DNA of 64,000 bases from Octopus sinensis (lineage: Eukaryota), in contig NW_021837028.1 in NCBI RefSeq assembly GCF_006345805.1, forward strand, positions 17,724 through 81,723. Reading direction: 5' to 3'. A program made the translations under genes and the position numbers. The notes under the pieces are model-generated. The model was given only the letters and a program-made list of their open reading frames with translations, was not told where the DNA came from and did no database searches. Shown here in pieces: positions 27,846-39,775 of this stretch (the stretch's first letter is position 1; each line of letters starts with the position of its first letter).

Positions 27846-29519
27846 TTATTGTTAAATTCTTTTATTTTTGTTGAGAAAGAAACAAAACGTTTAGATCTTT
27901 TTATTTATTTAAAATAATATGTTACAAATTTATTCTTAATCTTTACAAATGATGTAGAGTTTGAAAATGTGTAAGGGGAGAGAAATAGGGAATTTTATAA
28001 CGGGTATGACATTTCAAATATCATTAACAATATAATTATAAAATGAACAGTTTAAAACTGCGAACCACAACCGGTTTGTTTAAACACAGTTTCAGGAGAT
28101 CTTGGTACTACGCTACGAGAATCGTCATAAACGTGATTAAAAAAAATTTTTCATATATGATGCCTAAATCGTTTGGTGGGTTGGGGCTCTACTAAGGGTA
28201 AGTTAACCAGTTATTTCTTTTACAATTATCTTCCTGCCTACGTCTTACCATGAAGCGCCAACCCCCAACAACCTTAATCATATAGTTGTCCATATCCTCC
28301 CATAAAGAGGTCTAGCAAAAAAAAAATGCTATGGGTATGGATTACCGTTGAATCGTCTCCTTGTCCATTTAGGGGCTTCCAAATATTTGGTTTTTATTCG
28401 ACATTCAAGAACAAGTCAAACTGCTGGAACCTATACTTCTCGGAATCGTACCCTTGGTCGAATTCAATTTCCACCTTGCAAGGAAACGAAGTTGTTACGA
28501 ATGAAACATTTCCCTCATTGCTATAAGTAGTGTGCAACACATTTCAATGACTACTGTTCACACTGCAGACGAAATGGTAAGCAACATCTGTTATATAGCT
28601 AGATTGACTGGGAGAAGGAAGAATAGATGCTGGATATCTTCATCATAGATCAAGTATTGCAGTGTTGATTTAATGAGGCAAGCAGTGACTTCACAAGTGA
28701 ATTGAAGCTTGGTATTCCAACTAGAAACGGGACTCATTCATCACCTCGGTTCGTTTCCATATTACTTTCTGTTTTACGTGAGGATAAAAAAATTACGGTT
28801 TTATATTCTTTCAGTTAGAAAAAAAAGGCACTGCATATGAGGAGAAAAGTGAATGGTAAACTGTAGACTTATGAGTGGATTTGAGTTAAAAATCAAGAAT
28901 AACCGCTTCAATTGGGAAGCGAAACTGCTTCACCAAATTAGTTGGTGGATATATTACCTCTTGGTCTCTTCACCACATTGGTGTATGTGCGTAATTAAAT
29001 ATGTTATATTTCTTCAGGCTAAGAGAATTGGAAAGAAATGGACAGGATAGCATTCTTGGAATTGTCACAGGAATTATACAGGAATTAAAAATGTGTTCCT
29101 CAACAAAATTAGAACCAGGGACCACAGACTAGAGTAACAAAGAAATTATCGTCATACCCACGGTGACCCGCACAGCAAAATGAAATAAAGAGAATTATAA
29201 TTCTCGTCGGATATCAAAATATGTAATTCTGACCAAAAAAAAAAAAAGAAAATATATTATAAGAACTTTTTTTTTTTTCGTTTTTCACTTCTTTCAAAAT
29301 CTTATAAATCAATAAAAATTTAAAACAAAAAAATAATAATTGAAAAATTAACAAAACAAAAAGAAAATCCTCAATAGAAGAAAAAAAATAATGTCCAGAA
29401 AACAAAAAGCCTATGTGAATTAAATGTTGCCGTTTGCAAGCATTTTTTTTCATTTTTTCAAGTATTGTGCCATGGATGGTTTGGGATTTAGTTTAAAACA
29501 TGGCGTTTATTTTGAATGG

Positions 29520-29955
29520 TTACTGTCTTGGAGAATCTTTTTTGTCTTCTTGGTAAATTCTGATGTTCATTGATTTTAGCTGCATCATATCAAATGGTTG
29601 TAATAATGTAGCATTAGAATGACGGGATATATCATGCAGTCCACCTGATGAAGTCCCTACCGCTGCATTGTCGCTGTGCACAGGTATAGCCCTTGGTGGA
29701 GCCGGGTTATAAATCAAAGAATCAAGCATTATGTGCTGTGGTTGCTGCTGCTGTTGCTGTTGTTGCTGCTGTTGATGATGCTGTTGTTGTTGCTGCTGGT
29801 GATGCTGATGGTGGTGCTGTTGTTGTTGTTGTTGCGGTTGTTGTTGTTGCTGCTGATGATGTTGCTGTTGGCGCTGTGGATGGTTCGAACTAAGAGTATG
29901 GTGCTGTCCTTGATGCTGCTGCTGCTGTTGTTGCCGCTGTTGTTCCTGCGGGGAG

Positions 29956-30002
<47 letters not shown>

Positions 30003-30259
30003 ATGTTGTTGCTGTGCTGATGATAATGGAGACTGTTGATGGCGCTGGGGTGATAACAGCGGGTAAACGAACTCCTGAGTACCTCGCAGACTTTGAATCG
30101 TACTGTTATTACTGATTAAATTAGCAGAGTTGGTTGGTGATTGGTGTATGAAGGAATGATGCATGGGGGAACTATTTTGGTGGTTCCCCTGTAAGGCTGC
30201 TAGCACAGTCGGGTTCTGAACGGAGCATCTCGAAATACTACTGGTTGAGGTCTTAGATT
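29520..30259 (-). CDS. GATA456: GATA4/5/6-class factor, last exon (polyQ/polyH-rich C-terminus, 245 aa)
   Basis: ttttccag| acceptor at 30261-30260. The phase-1 start matches the preceding exon's phase-1 end. Open to the stop: (E)SKTSTSSISRCSVQNPTVLAALQG...QQQ...HHH...DKKDSPRQ*. Confidence 0.88.
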
Positions 30260-30324
30260 CTGGAAAATAAATAAATAAAACGTTGTATAAAGAGGAGATA
30301 CGAGGATAGAATTAAAAGGGGTTC

Positions 30325-30552
30325 TTTTCTATTTCTTTACTACCCACAAGGGGCTAAACACAGAGAGAACAAACAAGGACAGACAAACGGATTAAGTCGA
30401 TTATATCGACTCCAGTGCGTAACTGGTACTTAATTTATCGACCCCGAAAGGATGAAAGGCAAAGTCGACCTCGGCGGAATTTGAACTCAGAACGTAACGG
30501 CAGACAAAATACGGCTACGCATTTCGCCCGGCGTGCTAACGTTTCTGCCAGT
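30325..30552 (-). mobile_element. SINE family A copy
   Basis: One core plus head, ~65 nt upstream of the last GATA acceptor. Confidence 0.85.
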
Positions 30553-31226
30553 GTTGGACCCTCTGATAAAGTGTTTAGCTTCTGAATGAAGGTTCGAAAA
30601 TTTGTATCTGCATTCTGATACTGCTTTATGTTATCGCTATGTTTGTTAATCGCAATAACCAGAATTCAGTGTAATTATCATGTTTCATTATCCTGGCATT
30701 GATGACCAGAGATTCTCTAATGTTTGGAGAAAATAACTGAAAGATCATTCCACTGTATCTCCATTTTAATCATTATGTAAAAGTAGGATTTCTATGACGT
30801 CTCAAATACGGAGTGCTTCCGTAATATACGACTATCCTCGTTTATCACGGGTTTATGGTTTATGGTTCGTCATAAATCTGTCTACATCGCTAATAGAATC
30901 ATTTTCCAAACGTAGTACATTAAATAAGCCATAAAAGTCGATTGCAAAAGATTGAGAAAGAGAACTAAATGAAATTATTCAAAGTAACAGAGTTTAGGCT
31001 AGAAATTATACTAGAAAATTTTAATAAAATCTTACATAATCAAGGCCTTACGTGTGAAATATACAATTTATAAAGGGCGATATGCAGCCCAAATAGCGCA
31101 GGTTGGCCATGCCTTTTGTCACATACATTTAATAAATACACACGCACGTATGCATCCACGCGCGCACACACACACACACACGCACACACACAGTCACACA
31201 GTATCATATTGTTAGTGAAATCTTAC

Positions 31227-31353
31227 CGAATGATGATGTACTGCTGGTATCGTTAAGCATGTCTTTGCTTGAGGAGCGAACTTTGCTGTTCTTTTTCTCT
31301 TTCCGCTTTCTAGTTTGAATGCCTTCTTTCTTCATAGACATCGGACGATTCAC
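31227..31353 (-). CDS. GATA456: GATA4/5/6-class factor, basic-tail exon
   Basis: aattcag| acceptor and |gtaaga donor, 127 nt, phase 0 to 1. Encodes VNRPMSMKKEGIQTRKRKEKKNSK...SSF. TRKRK is the GATA4/5/6 signature (GATA1/2/3 have TRNRK). Not in the ORF track. Confidence 0.95.
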
Positions 31354-31694
31354 CTGAATTAACAAGAGAAGAATCACTTATGTACAAAAAAAACCCCAAT
31401 AAACAAAACAAACAAAAAACAAAGAATATTTCTACAATGATATAATTGATAGTTTAAAATTTCTTCTAACTTCATTGATAAACCTTAGTTCATATAGTTC
31501 ATGCACGTTCATCATGCATTGTATTAATGGTGTCATCAGACTCTTATAACATTTAGGATATTGTAAGTCTTTTTATATTGGAAAAATGTCCTTCGAAGAC
31601 TGAGAAGTTTATCTGGTTATTGATAGCCTGTGTCTCTGAAGTAGACGTTTGCATCAGGTGATAAACTGTATTTGAAAAAGAAGATAAAAATAAA

Positions 31695-31931
31695 ATAAAT
31701 GCGCCCTTTTAAAGCCTAGCCCAGTTTCCGGTTTCTATGGCGTATGTGTTCCCCAGTTAGACGGGACGCCAGTCCATCGCAGCGTTACTCATTTTTGCCA
31801 GCTGAGTGGACTGGAGCAACGTGAAATGAAGTGTTTTGCTCAAGAACAACGTGTCGTCAGGTCCAGGAATCGAAACCACAATCTTACGATCATGATGCTG
31901 ATACCCTAACCACTAAGCCACGCGCCTCCAC
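31695..31931 (-). mobile_element. tRNA-derived SINE family D
   Basis: Head gtggaggcgcgtggcttagtggttaggg...gtttcgattcc, core gttcttgagcaaaacacttcatttcacgttgctcc. A second copy is at ~50722-50961 (-) and a partial one at ~37297-37440 (+). Confidence 0.8.
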
Positions 31932-32777
31932 GAAAAAGAAGATACGAAATCAATTTGTAAAATTAGAGTTCATTATTCTATCTCTACGGGCACAATCTCT
32001 TTATTTCATTCCAACCAAGATCAATATTAGTAGTCTCGTGCCAAAGAATGAAGTCCACCGAGGGAACGATAGAAATACTATAAAGTGGATGAGAATCTCG
32101 CGAAAGCCAAATCATTATGTAAAATTACACACAATTGCTGAAATATTTAATACTTATATCTTTTTCTCTCGACAACAAAACAACAAAAGCTATAAATCCT
32201 TTTGTTATCTTATTTATGTTGAAATATGCAACCGTTATTTGAAATAATGAAATAATGAAGAACGTATATAAACAGAAGATACAAATATTACAGGCATTCC
32301 CCCCACACACATACACACTAAATAAACATAGACGCACATAGAGATATACGCATGCGCAAATGAAGACACATACAATAGAAATACAAAATGGCTGACGGTT
32401 AGTAAGGTGAGACACAAATAAGAAAGAAGAAAGCAAAGGACCACTGATGCGGTCACAGGAGTGTGACGAAAGAACTCTGGCCGAAATAAGATTAAGATTA
32501 ATGTAAAAAATAAATAACACTGAAGCAAAGTAACACCAAACATATAGTGCCTGTGTTTTTATTGGCTAAACTGGCAAAATGACCATTCCGAAATGCAACA
32601 ATGAAGAATTTATTAAAACAGAGAAAATTTCGATGGTAGGCTCTAATTTAAATCATTTTAAAACACGAAGTTTGTATCACAGAACCAGAAACAATTTTGG
32701 GTGGATTGGTATCAAAAGGGTCAAAAGCCAATTCCCTTCATCCACGAATATATGTCATATTGTTAGTGGAGCCTTAC

Positions 32778-32817
32778 CAAATGATGATGCATTGCTGGTA
32801 TAGATTTTAAACACTTT
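32778..32817 (-). other. Candidate alternative mini-exon, a duplicate of the 3' end of the GATA basic-tail exon
   Basis: tttatag| KVFKIYTSNASSF g|gtaagg, 40 nt, phase 0 to 1. About 50 nt spanning the donor match 31205-31250. Confidence 0.4.
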
Positions 32818-33199
32818 CTATAAATACAAATTATTTTTAGTTTGTTACATGCAGCATCACTACAGAAGGTTAGGCCTCCAACCAGGTTTTTTCAGCACCA
32901 CCTCGTATATATACATACAAGAAACTCACCCCCCGTCCAATGGACAGTGCTGAGTTGTCAAACATTTAAACCAAATTTTCTCAAAACAACTTGTCCTACA
33001 GTCCCAAAGGCATCCCCTTTGAGAAACGCTGATTTAACCTAAATTTGAGACACCAGCAAAAGAAGAAATAAAGATAGACTTTTTTCTATTCCAAAGAAAA
33101 ACGATTTTATTCACACAGATATGCAACCGAAGAGTTTAAAGTACCAGTAATGATAAGGCTGTTGACTGGGAGAACACAAACATGGTTTGAACAGTAAGC

Positions 33200-33468
33200 T
33201 TAGCAGGAAAGAAACGTGCCTTTAAGCAGTACAAAAACAACAAAAAATCGAAGGTGCAGTTATGTATAGGTTGACAGAAGAAAAGCAGGACAAAAACGGC
33301 TTTATCGTTCGCATTCTCACCTGGAATCGATTTTTGTAATTTTTTCAAGACTTATACACGCCCTGATACCGTCAGTATCTACACATCAAATTTGAATGCA
33401 ATCGGATGGAGGACGCCCGAGATCCTAGAAGACACACACACAGACAGACAGAACGGATTTTATATAAA
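33200..33468 (-). mobile_element. Helitron/DINE-like non-autonomous element fragment
   Basis: Minus strand begins ttatataaaatccgttctgtctgtctgtgtgtgtgtc...catccgattgcattcaaattt, the typical 5' architecture of these elements. The 3' end was not identified. Confidence 0.45.
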
Positions 33469-33473
33469 CATAC

Positions 33474-33596
33474 CTGGTGCAATTTATAGTATAGACCACA
33501 TGCATTACAGACTGGGTCTCCTTCTGCATTTCTACGCCAAAGTGTAGTAGTTCTTGTCTGACAGTTGGCACAGGAAAGACCATTTCTTCGTTGGTT
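33474..33596 (-). CDS. GATA456: GATA4/5/6-class factor, C-terminal zinc finger exon
   Basis: ttttag| acceptor and |gtatgt donor, 123 nt, phase 0 to 0. Encodes [41 protein letters not shown], a canonical CX2CX17CX2C finger. Not in the ORF track. Confidence 0.98.
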
Positions 33597-35516
33597 CTAA
33601 AATCAAAAGAGATTTAAAAGAGAAATGAGATTTTGATAACTGATAAAATTGTATTCGGTTTAATTTGCTAACGATTTTAAGTGGAAGAAATTTCATCATA
33701 GACGATTTTTTACAAATAATATTATCTTTTCGTAAATGATATCACAAGTCCTATTTTAATACAAAATGTATAACCTGACAAACGACATTTAGCAAGGCAT
33801 TACAAAAGCTAGACAGAACTCAGGAAATTGCTGAATAATGACTAATTTGAAGAGGTCGAGATTTCCTTTAGTTACGATTGGCATCAGTCATTTTCTAACT
33901 CTCAACCAGTGTGACACACATATGGGGAAGAATATACGTGCGTACACGCGTCAATCTATCTGTCTGTCTGTCAGTGAGTGTGTCCGTGCGCATGCGTTTT
34001 TGTTTGTGTCTGCATCGGTGCTTGTGACTATGTTTGTATCGAAATACCGACTGTAAGAAAGATATATATTTACTCATGTGTGTGTGTGTGTGGTGTGTAT
34101 CACCACCCGAGGGCTGTTGTCTATATATGCTCAAGCACTCAACTATGAGTCTACTGCATCTTATATATTTCTTTACTGCCCACAAGGGGCTAAACATAGA
34201 GGGGACAAACAAGGAAAGGATGAAAGGATGAAAGGCAAGGTCGACCTCGGCGGAATTTGAACTCAGAACGTAACGACAGACGAAGTACCGCTAAGCATTT
34301 CGCCCAGCGCGCTAACGTTTCTGCCAGCTCACAGAAACAGCTGTAAGCTAATGAAGTTCATAATATAATCGTTTATTCGTTTGTCATCATATTTTCTTAC
34401 ACACACACACACACAACACACACACACACACACACAAACACATACACACACAGACGCACACACACACACACACACACACATACATCCACACAGCAATGCA
34501 TGCTACCGTTTAGGAAACTCTTGAGACTAAATAAAAACATCCCGATGCCAGTATGAAAATATACAAAGGGCCCAAACAACACAACAATTAAATATACTTT
34601 ATTAGAACATAGGTGGTGCTGTAGTTGTATATTTAGCTTCCAAATAGATGGAAAGGATAAAGATGTGTAGAAAAATTAAGACACGATAATTGGATCTTGT
34701 CTGAAAGTATGTTAACTGTCTTTGCATATACACATCCACAAAGGGGTGCATGCCTGCAACGCGTGCACATATGGCTATACGATAATATAGTAACTACATA
34801 TCCACCTATAAACACAAACATACACGTATCGTTATATATGCAAAAATACATGCACGTACATAGATACGTACTCAAACGTCCACGCGAACACTCATGAACA
34901 ATCAAAGACGGCAACTTCAAACAAATAGAATAACGTACCTTTGAAAAAACAAGCAATAATTGCCAAATTATCAACAATGTAGTTGAGGGAAATATCTCTA
35001 GGGATCATGCTGGATACTAAATAGAAATAAGGTAGGGTCTCCCTTATGAAATACAGGGTACACAAAAACATCAATCAAGTGAGATTTTCAAAACAATTAG
35101 TAGATAAAAACTCCTTCTTGTTGTGTTTAAATTCTAAAACAATAAACGAACGCGATAACGGCAAAAAGATAAGTTGGTTGAAATGTTTGGACAATATAAG
35201 ACAATACTGTTTGGAATAAATACATCCTTTGAAACTAACTGATGAAATTCAGGAACATGTTCCCGTGTTATTACACCTCAGCAGTGAAGTTGGTAGAAAA
35301 GGAGCAGGAGCAATAGAGAGAAATAAAGAGGATGTAGTGATACAGATTATGAATATTTAGTTCAGTTGAAGAAAAACGGTTTTGGTGAGCCTTTCGTGTA
35401 TTAAACACCAACATTTTAGTGTCTCAACGATGTAAACTAGTAAAAACTCCCCACAAGCTTACGTACACTTCTACACACATACAGATATACACACACAGAC
35501 ACGAACGCACCCGCCC

Positions 35517-35550
<34 letters not shown>

Positions 35551-35624
35551 ACACACATATATGCGTGTTTGTATACAACAAGCAAATATTGCACATATAG
35601 GATACCTATTTCTTTACTACCCAC

Positions 35625-35862
35625 AAGGGGCTAAACACAGAGGGGACAAACAAGGACAGACAAACGGATTAAGTCGATTATATCGACCCCAGTGCGTAAC
35701 TGGTACTTATTTAATCGACCCCGAAAGGATGAAAGGCAAAGTCAACCTCACCTTTCATCCTTTCGGGGTCGATTAAATAAGTACCAGTTACGCACTGGGG
35801 TCGATATAATCGACTTAATCCGTTAGTCTGTCCTTGTTTGTCCCCTCTGTGTTTAGCCCCTT
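35625..35862. repeat. Inverted SINE family A pair forming a 112-bp-arm palindrome
   Basis: Arms 35625-35736 and 35751-35862 are reverse complements with one mismatch seen and a 14-nt spacer. Confidence 0.93.
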
Positions 35863-36144
35863 ATGTTAAATAGTCAGATGTTTGAAAAATACTTCCATCA
35901 ACCGAGATTATCTAAACAATTAGTTGACAAAAACGCCCTCATGTAATGTTTAAAATCTTAAAACAATAAACAGCAGAAACAACTCTAGAAACTAAACACT
36001 TAGAGTACAAAATATATACGAGATTAAAAATATACAGTACAAAATATATACGAGATTAAAATAGAACATCTACACAGTCGCTCGATAAGCTAGTAATAAC
36101 AGACAAAAATCATATCAGGAATTCCAGATGAAGGATGCTTCAAA

Positions 36145-36535
36145 GAGAGTGGAGCTGGCAGAAACGTTAGCACGCCGGGTGAAATGCTTAGCGTTATTTC
36201 GTCTGCCGCTACGTTCTGAGTTCAAATTCCGCCGAGGTCAACTTTGCCTTTCATCCTTTCGAGGTCGATTAAATAAGCACAGGGGTCGATATAATCGACT
36301 TAATCCGTTTGTCTGTCCTTGTTTGTCCGCTCTGTGTTTAGCCTCTTGTGGGTAGTAAAGAAATAGGTATTTCGTTTACCGCTACGTTCTGAGTTTAAGT
36401 TCCGCCGAGGCCGACTTTGCCTTTCATCCTTTCGGGGTCGATTAAATAAGTACCAGTTACGCAATGGAGTCGATATAATCGACTTAATCCGTTTGTCTAT
36501 CTATGTGTAGCCCCTTGTGAGCAGTAAAGAAATAA
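36145..36535 (+). mobile_element. SINE family A, two units
   Basis: Head plus two cores. Confidence 0.85.
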
Positions 36536-37020
36536 GACTGAAGCAGTTTTATTAAAATATCTGATAAAAAAAAAAGGCTCATATTAGCTAAGCAATAATC
36601 AATAATGATCAAATATATGCTATACCGGTTTCTGCTCTTCTGAATTAGCATCTCTCCTATCATCTATACGCACGCATATCCATATATCTGATTTCTTTTT
36701 CTTTTTTTTTTTTGTGTGTGTGACTTTTGCATTACAGAACTGTAACAACCACCTAAAATTTCCAACTTCATCAAACTGTGTCTGTGTTTGTCCTCCCAAC
36801 ATCGCTTGACAACCGATGCTGGTGTGTTCATGTCCCTGTAACTTAGTGGTTCGGCAAAAGAGACCGATAGAATAAGTACTAGGCTTACAAAGAATAAGTC
36901 CTGGGGTCGATTTGCTCGACTAAATGCGGTGCTCCAGCATGGCCGCAGTCAAATGACTGAAACAAGTAAAAGACTAAAAGAGTAAACTACAAAATTCAAG
37001 CTGACCACCAACCACACCAG

Positions 37021-37066
<46 letters not shown>

Positions 37067-37163
37067 TTTTTTTTCTTTTCTTTTCTCTGTGATTAACGTA
37101 TCTGGTACACGTAGACGTGGCTATATCAGCAGAGAAGCAGTTATAGAGTTCCCTCATTGCTGA

Positions 37164-37172
37164 CTATCTATC

Positions 37173-37258
<86 letters not shown>

Positions 37259-37269
37259 TTATCTATCTA
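37164..37269. repeat. (TATC)n / (GATA)n tetranucleotide array
   Basis: Direct reading. Confidence 0.95.
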
Positions 37270-37662
37270 CAATATATACAGATAAATAGATATAGTGGAG
37301 GTTCAGGGCTCAGTGGTTAGGATGTTGCCCTCACGATTGTGGGATCGTTGGTTCGATTTCCAGACCGGGCGTTGCATTGTGTTCTTGAGCAAAGCACTTC
37401 ATCTCACGTTGCTCTACGATCATTTCGTCATCTGATATGTGGCACGTTGTACACCTGTGCAGATGTGAGCTTATGTGAACACAGCATTTGATGACTATAA
37501 ACAAATCATCTGTGTGGATGTTCTACAGGCAATTACAGAACCCTCATACGTCATCGAACGACGGGTGACTACTTCATGAATATATATGTATATACTTCTA
37601 ATATCAGGATGAAATTTTTCAAAAAAAGCTTTATCAATGGCCAACATATTCTTTTCTACTCG

Positions 37663-38040
37663 AGGCACAAAGCTCGAAATTTTAGGGGAATGGGCCAGTC
37701 GATTAGATCAACTCCAGTATGCAACTGGTACTTAATTTATCGAGCCCGAAAGGATGAAAGCAAAGTCGACCTCGGCGGAATTTGAACTCAGAACTTAAAG
37801 ACAGACGAAATACCTATTTCTTTACTACCCACAAGGGGCTAAACACAGAGAGGACAAAGAAGGACAGACAAACGGATTAAGTCGATTATATCGACCCCAG
37901 TGCGTACTTATTTAATCGACCCCGAAAGGATGAAAGGCTAAGACGACCTCGGCGGAATTTGAACTCAGAACGTAGCGGCAAACGAAATACGGCTACGCAT
38001 TTCGCCCGGCGTGCTAACGATTCTGCCAGCTCGCCGCCTT
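37663..38040 (-). mobile_element. SINE family A, two to three units
   Basis: Reverse-oriented head at ~38040 plus cores. Confidence 0.85.
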
Positions 38041-38096
38041 GTCAGTGGCTAACATATTAGAATACCTTTTAAGGTGAAAATATCAAACAATTATAA

Positions 38097-38231
38097 ATAA
38101 GGGCAGAAGAAAAAAATTGTCTAGGCCGATATGCTGAAAAATAGACCTTAAATCGTTTATGGGTGGTTAGAAGATTTAAAGGTCTATTTTTCAGCATATT
38201 GGCATAGAATTTATTTTTCTTTTGCCCTTAT
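38097..38231. mobile_element. Palindromic (foldback) MITE
   Basis: ~58-bp inverted arms ataagggcagaag...ctgaaaaatagacct.taaatc / gatttaaaggtctatttttcag...tgcccttat with an 18-nt spacer. Confidence 0.75.
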
Positions 38232-38244
38232 ATATATATATATA

Positions 38245-38286
38245 AGACCAGATCACTTACTGTGCAAGTACATCTCCGTAATATAT

Positions 38287-38346
<60 letters not shown>

Positions 38347-38650
38347 CACAGCAAGTGATCTGGTCTGAGATCATGTGCTGGAACGAAAACAATTACAGCG
38401 TGGAAGGTGTTTATAAGCCATTTCAGAAACACACAAAAACCGTTAGCTTCACTTCAACATTTAAATTAATTTGTCAAAATATTTTCGTCGCTGACAAAGC
38501 TCCGTGCTGTTCACGGAGTTTTGTCAGAGAACAGGTCGCGGTCTCAAAGCGACGAAAAATTTTGACAAATAAATTAAATGTTGAAGTGAATCTAACGGTT
38601 TTTGTGTGTTTCTTAAATGGCTTATAAACACCTCCACGCTGCAATTGTTT
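38245..38650. mobile_element. Composite foldback MITE
   Basis: ~105-bp inverted arms at 38387-38492 and 38548-38650, an internal hairpin tgacaaagctccgtg/cacggagttttgtca, and agaccagatcactt/aagtgatctggtct flanking a (TA)n. Confidence 0.8.
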
Positions 38651-39120
38651 ATGTATATATATAATATATATATATTATATATATATAATATATAACATCA
38701 CACACACGCACATTTCCAACATTCGTTAATTCTTTGAGGATGGGGTCATAACCCAAACTATTGAATGCAAGGTAAGTACATTAATTCATATGTTTGTTTT
38801 CTTGTGGTCTGCCTTGCTTCTACTTCGCATTGTTCTGGCCTCACCCACTATCTTTTATTTATATATATATATATGTATATATGAATGTATATGTATATAT
38901 GATACATAATTACGTACAAATGTATGTGCCTATATATTTATCTATGTATTTTTCACATTGTTTCTTTTTTTCCACAGGGTTTTCGAAAATGAGAATTTAG
39001 TAGTTCCATCAATAAACTACACGGTAAATTTGCGAGCGTATTTCTGTGTATTTCACAGACGCTTGTACTAATCGTAACATAATTCTTGAACACCAGAAGC
39101 TTTACTTATGTAATGTTAGA

Positions 39121-39284
39121 GGCGCAGGAGTGGCTGTGTGGTAAGTAGCTTGTTTACCAACCACATGGTTCCGGGTTCAGTCCCACTGCGTGGCACTTTG
39201 GGCAAGTGTCTTCTACTATAACCTCGGGCCGACCAAAGCCTTGTGAGTGGATTTGGTTGACGGAACTGAAAAGAAGCCCGTCGT

Positions 39285-39344
<60 letters not shown>

Positions 39345-39552
39345 GTGGTGTTTGTCCCCCTAGCATTGCTTGCCAACCGATGCTGGTGTGTTTAAGTCCC
39401 CTTTCATTAGCGGTTCGGCAAAAGAGACCGATAGAATAAGTACTGGGCTTACAAAAGAATAAGTCCCGGCGTCAAGTTGCTTGATTAAAGGCAGTGCACC
39501 AGCATGGCTGCAGTCAAGTGACTGAAACAAGTAAAAGAGTAAAAGAGTAAAG
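39121..39552 (+). mobile_element. SINE family B copy
   Basis: Full-length match. Confidence 0.88.
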
Positions 39553-39775
39553 AGAGAGTATAAATGGTAGGTAAAATCCACCCTGCAGGCTTCTGTACAG
39601 GTTTTGCGTACACCCAATTTCCACCACAAGGCTTGGGGCATCGAAGCCATGATAAAAGATATTTGTTTGAGATACCATGTAGTGAGATGGAAACCGAGAC
39701 TTCGTCATTACAAAGCGAAATTATAAAACGTTTAACCATCCTGCGTCCGTTTAACTATAACTCCCTTTCTCCTAC

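Noticed and set aside
28348-28576. Cys/His-rich + strand frame ending at a GTAAGC donor (HCYK*CATHFNDYCSHCRRN)
   Set aside because: It has an in-frame stop and no family I can name. Possibly a decayed transposon fragment or GATA 3' flank.
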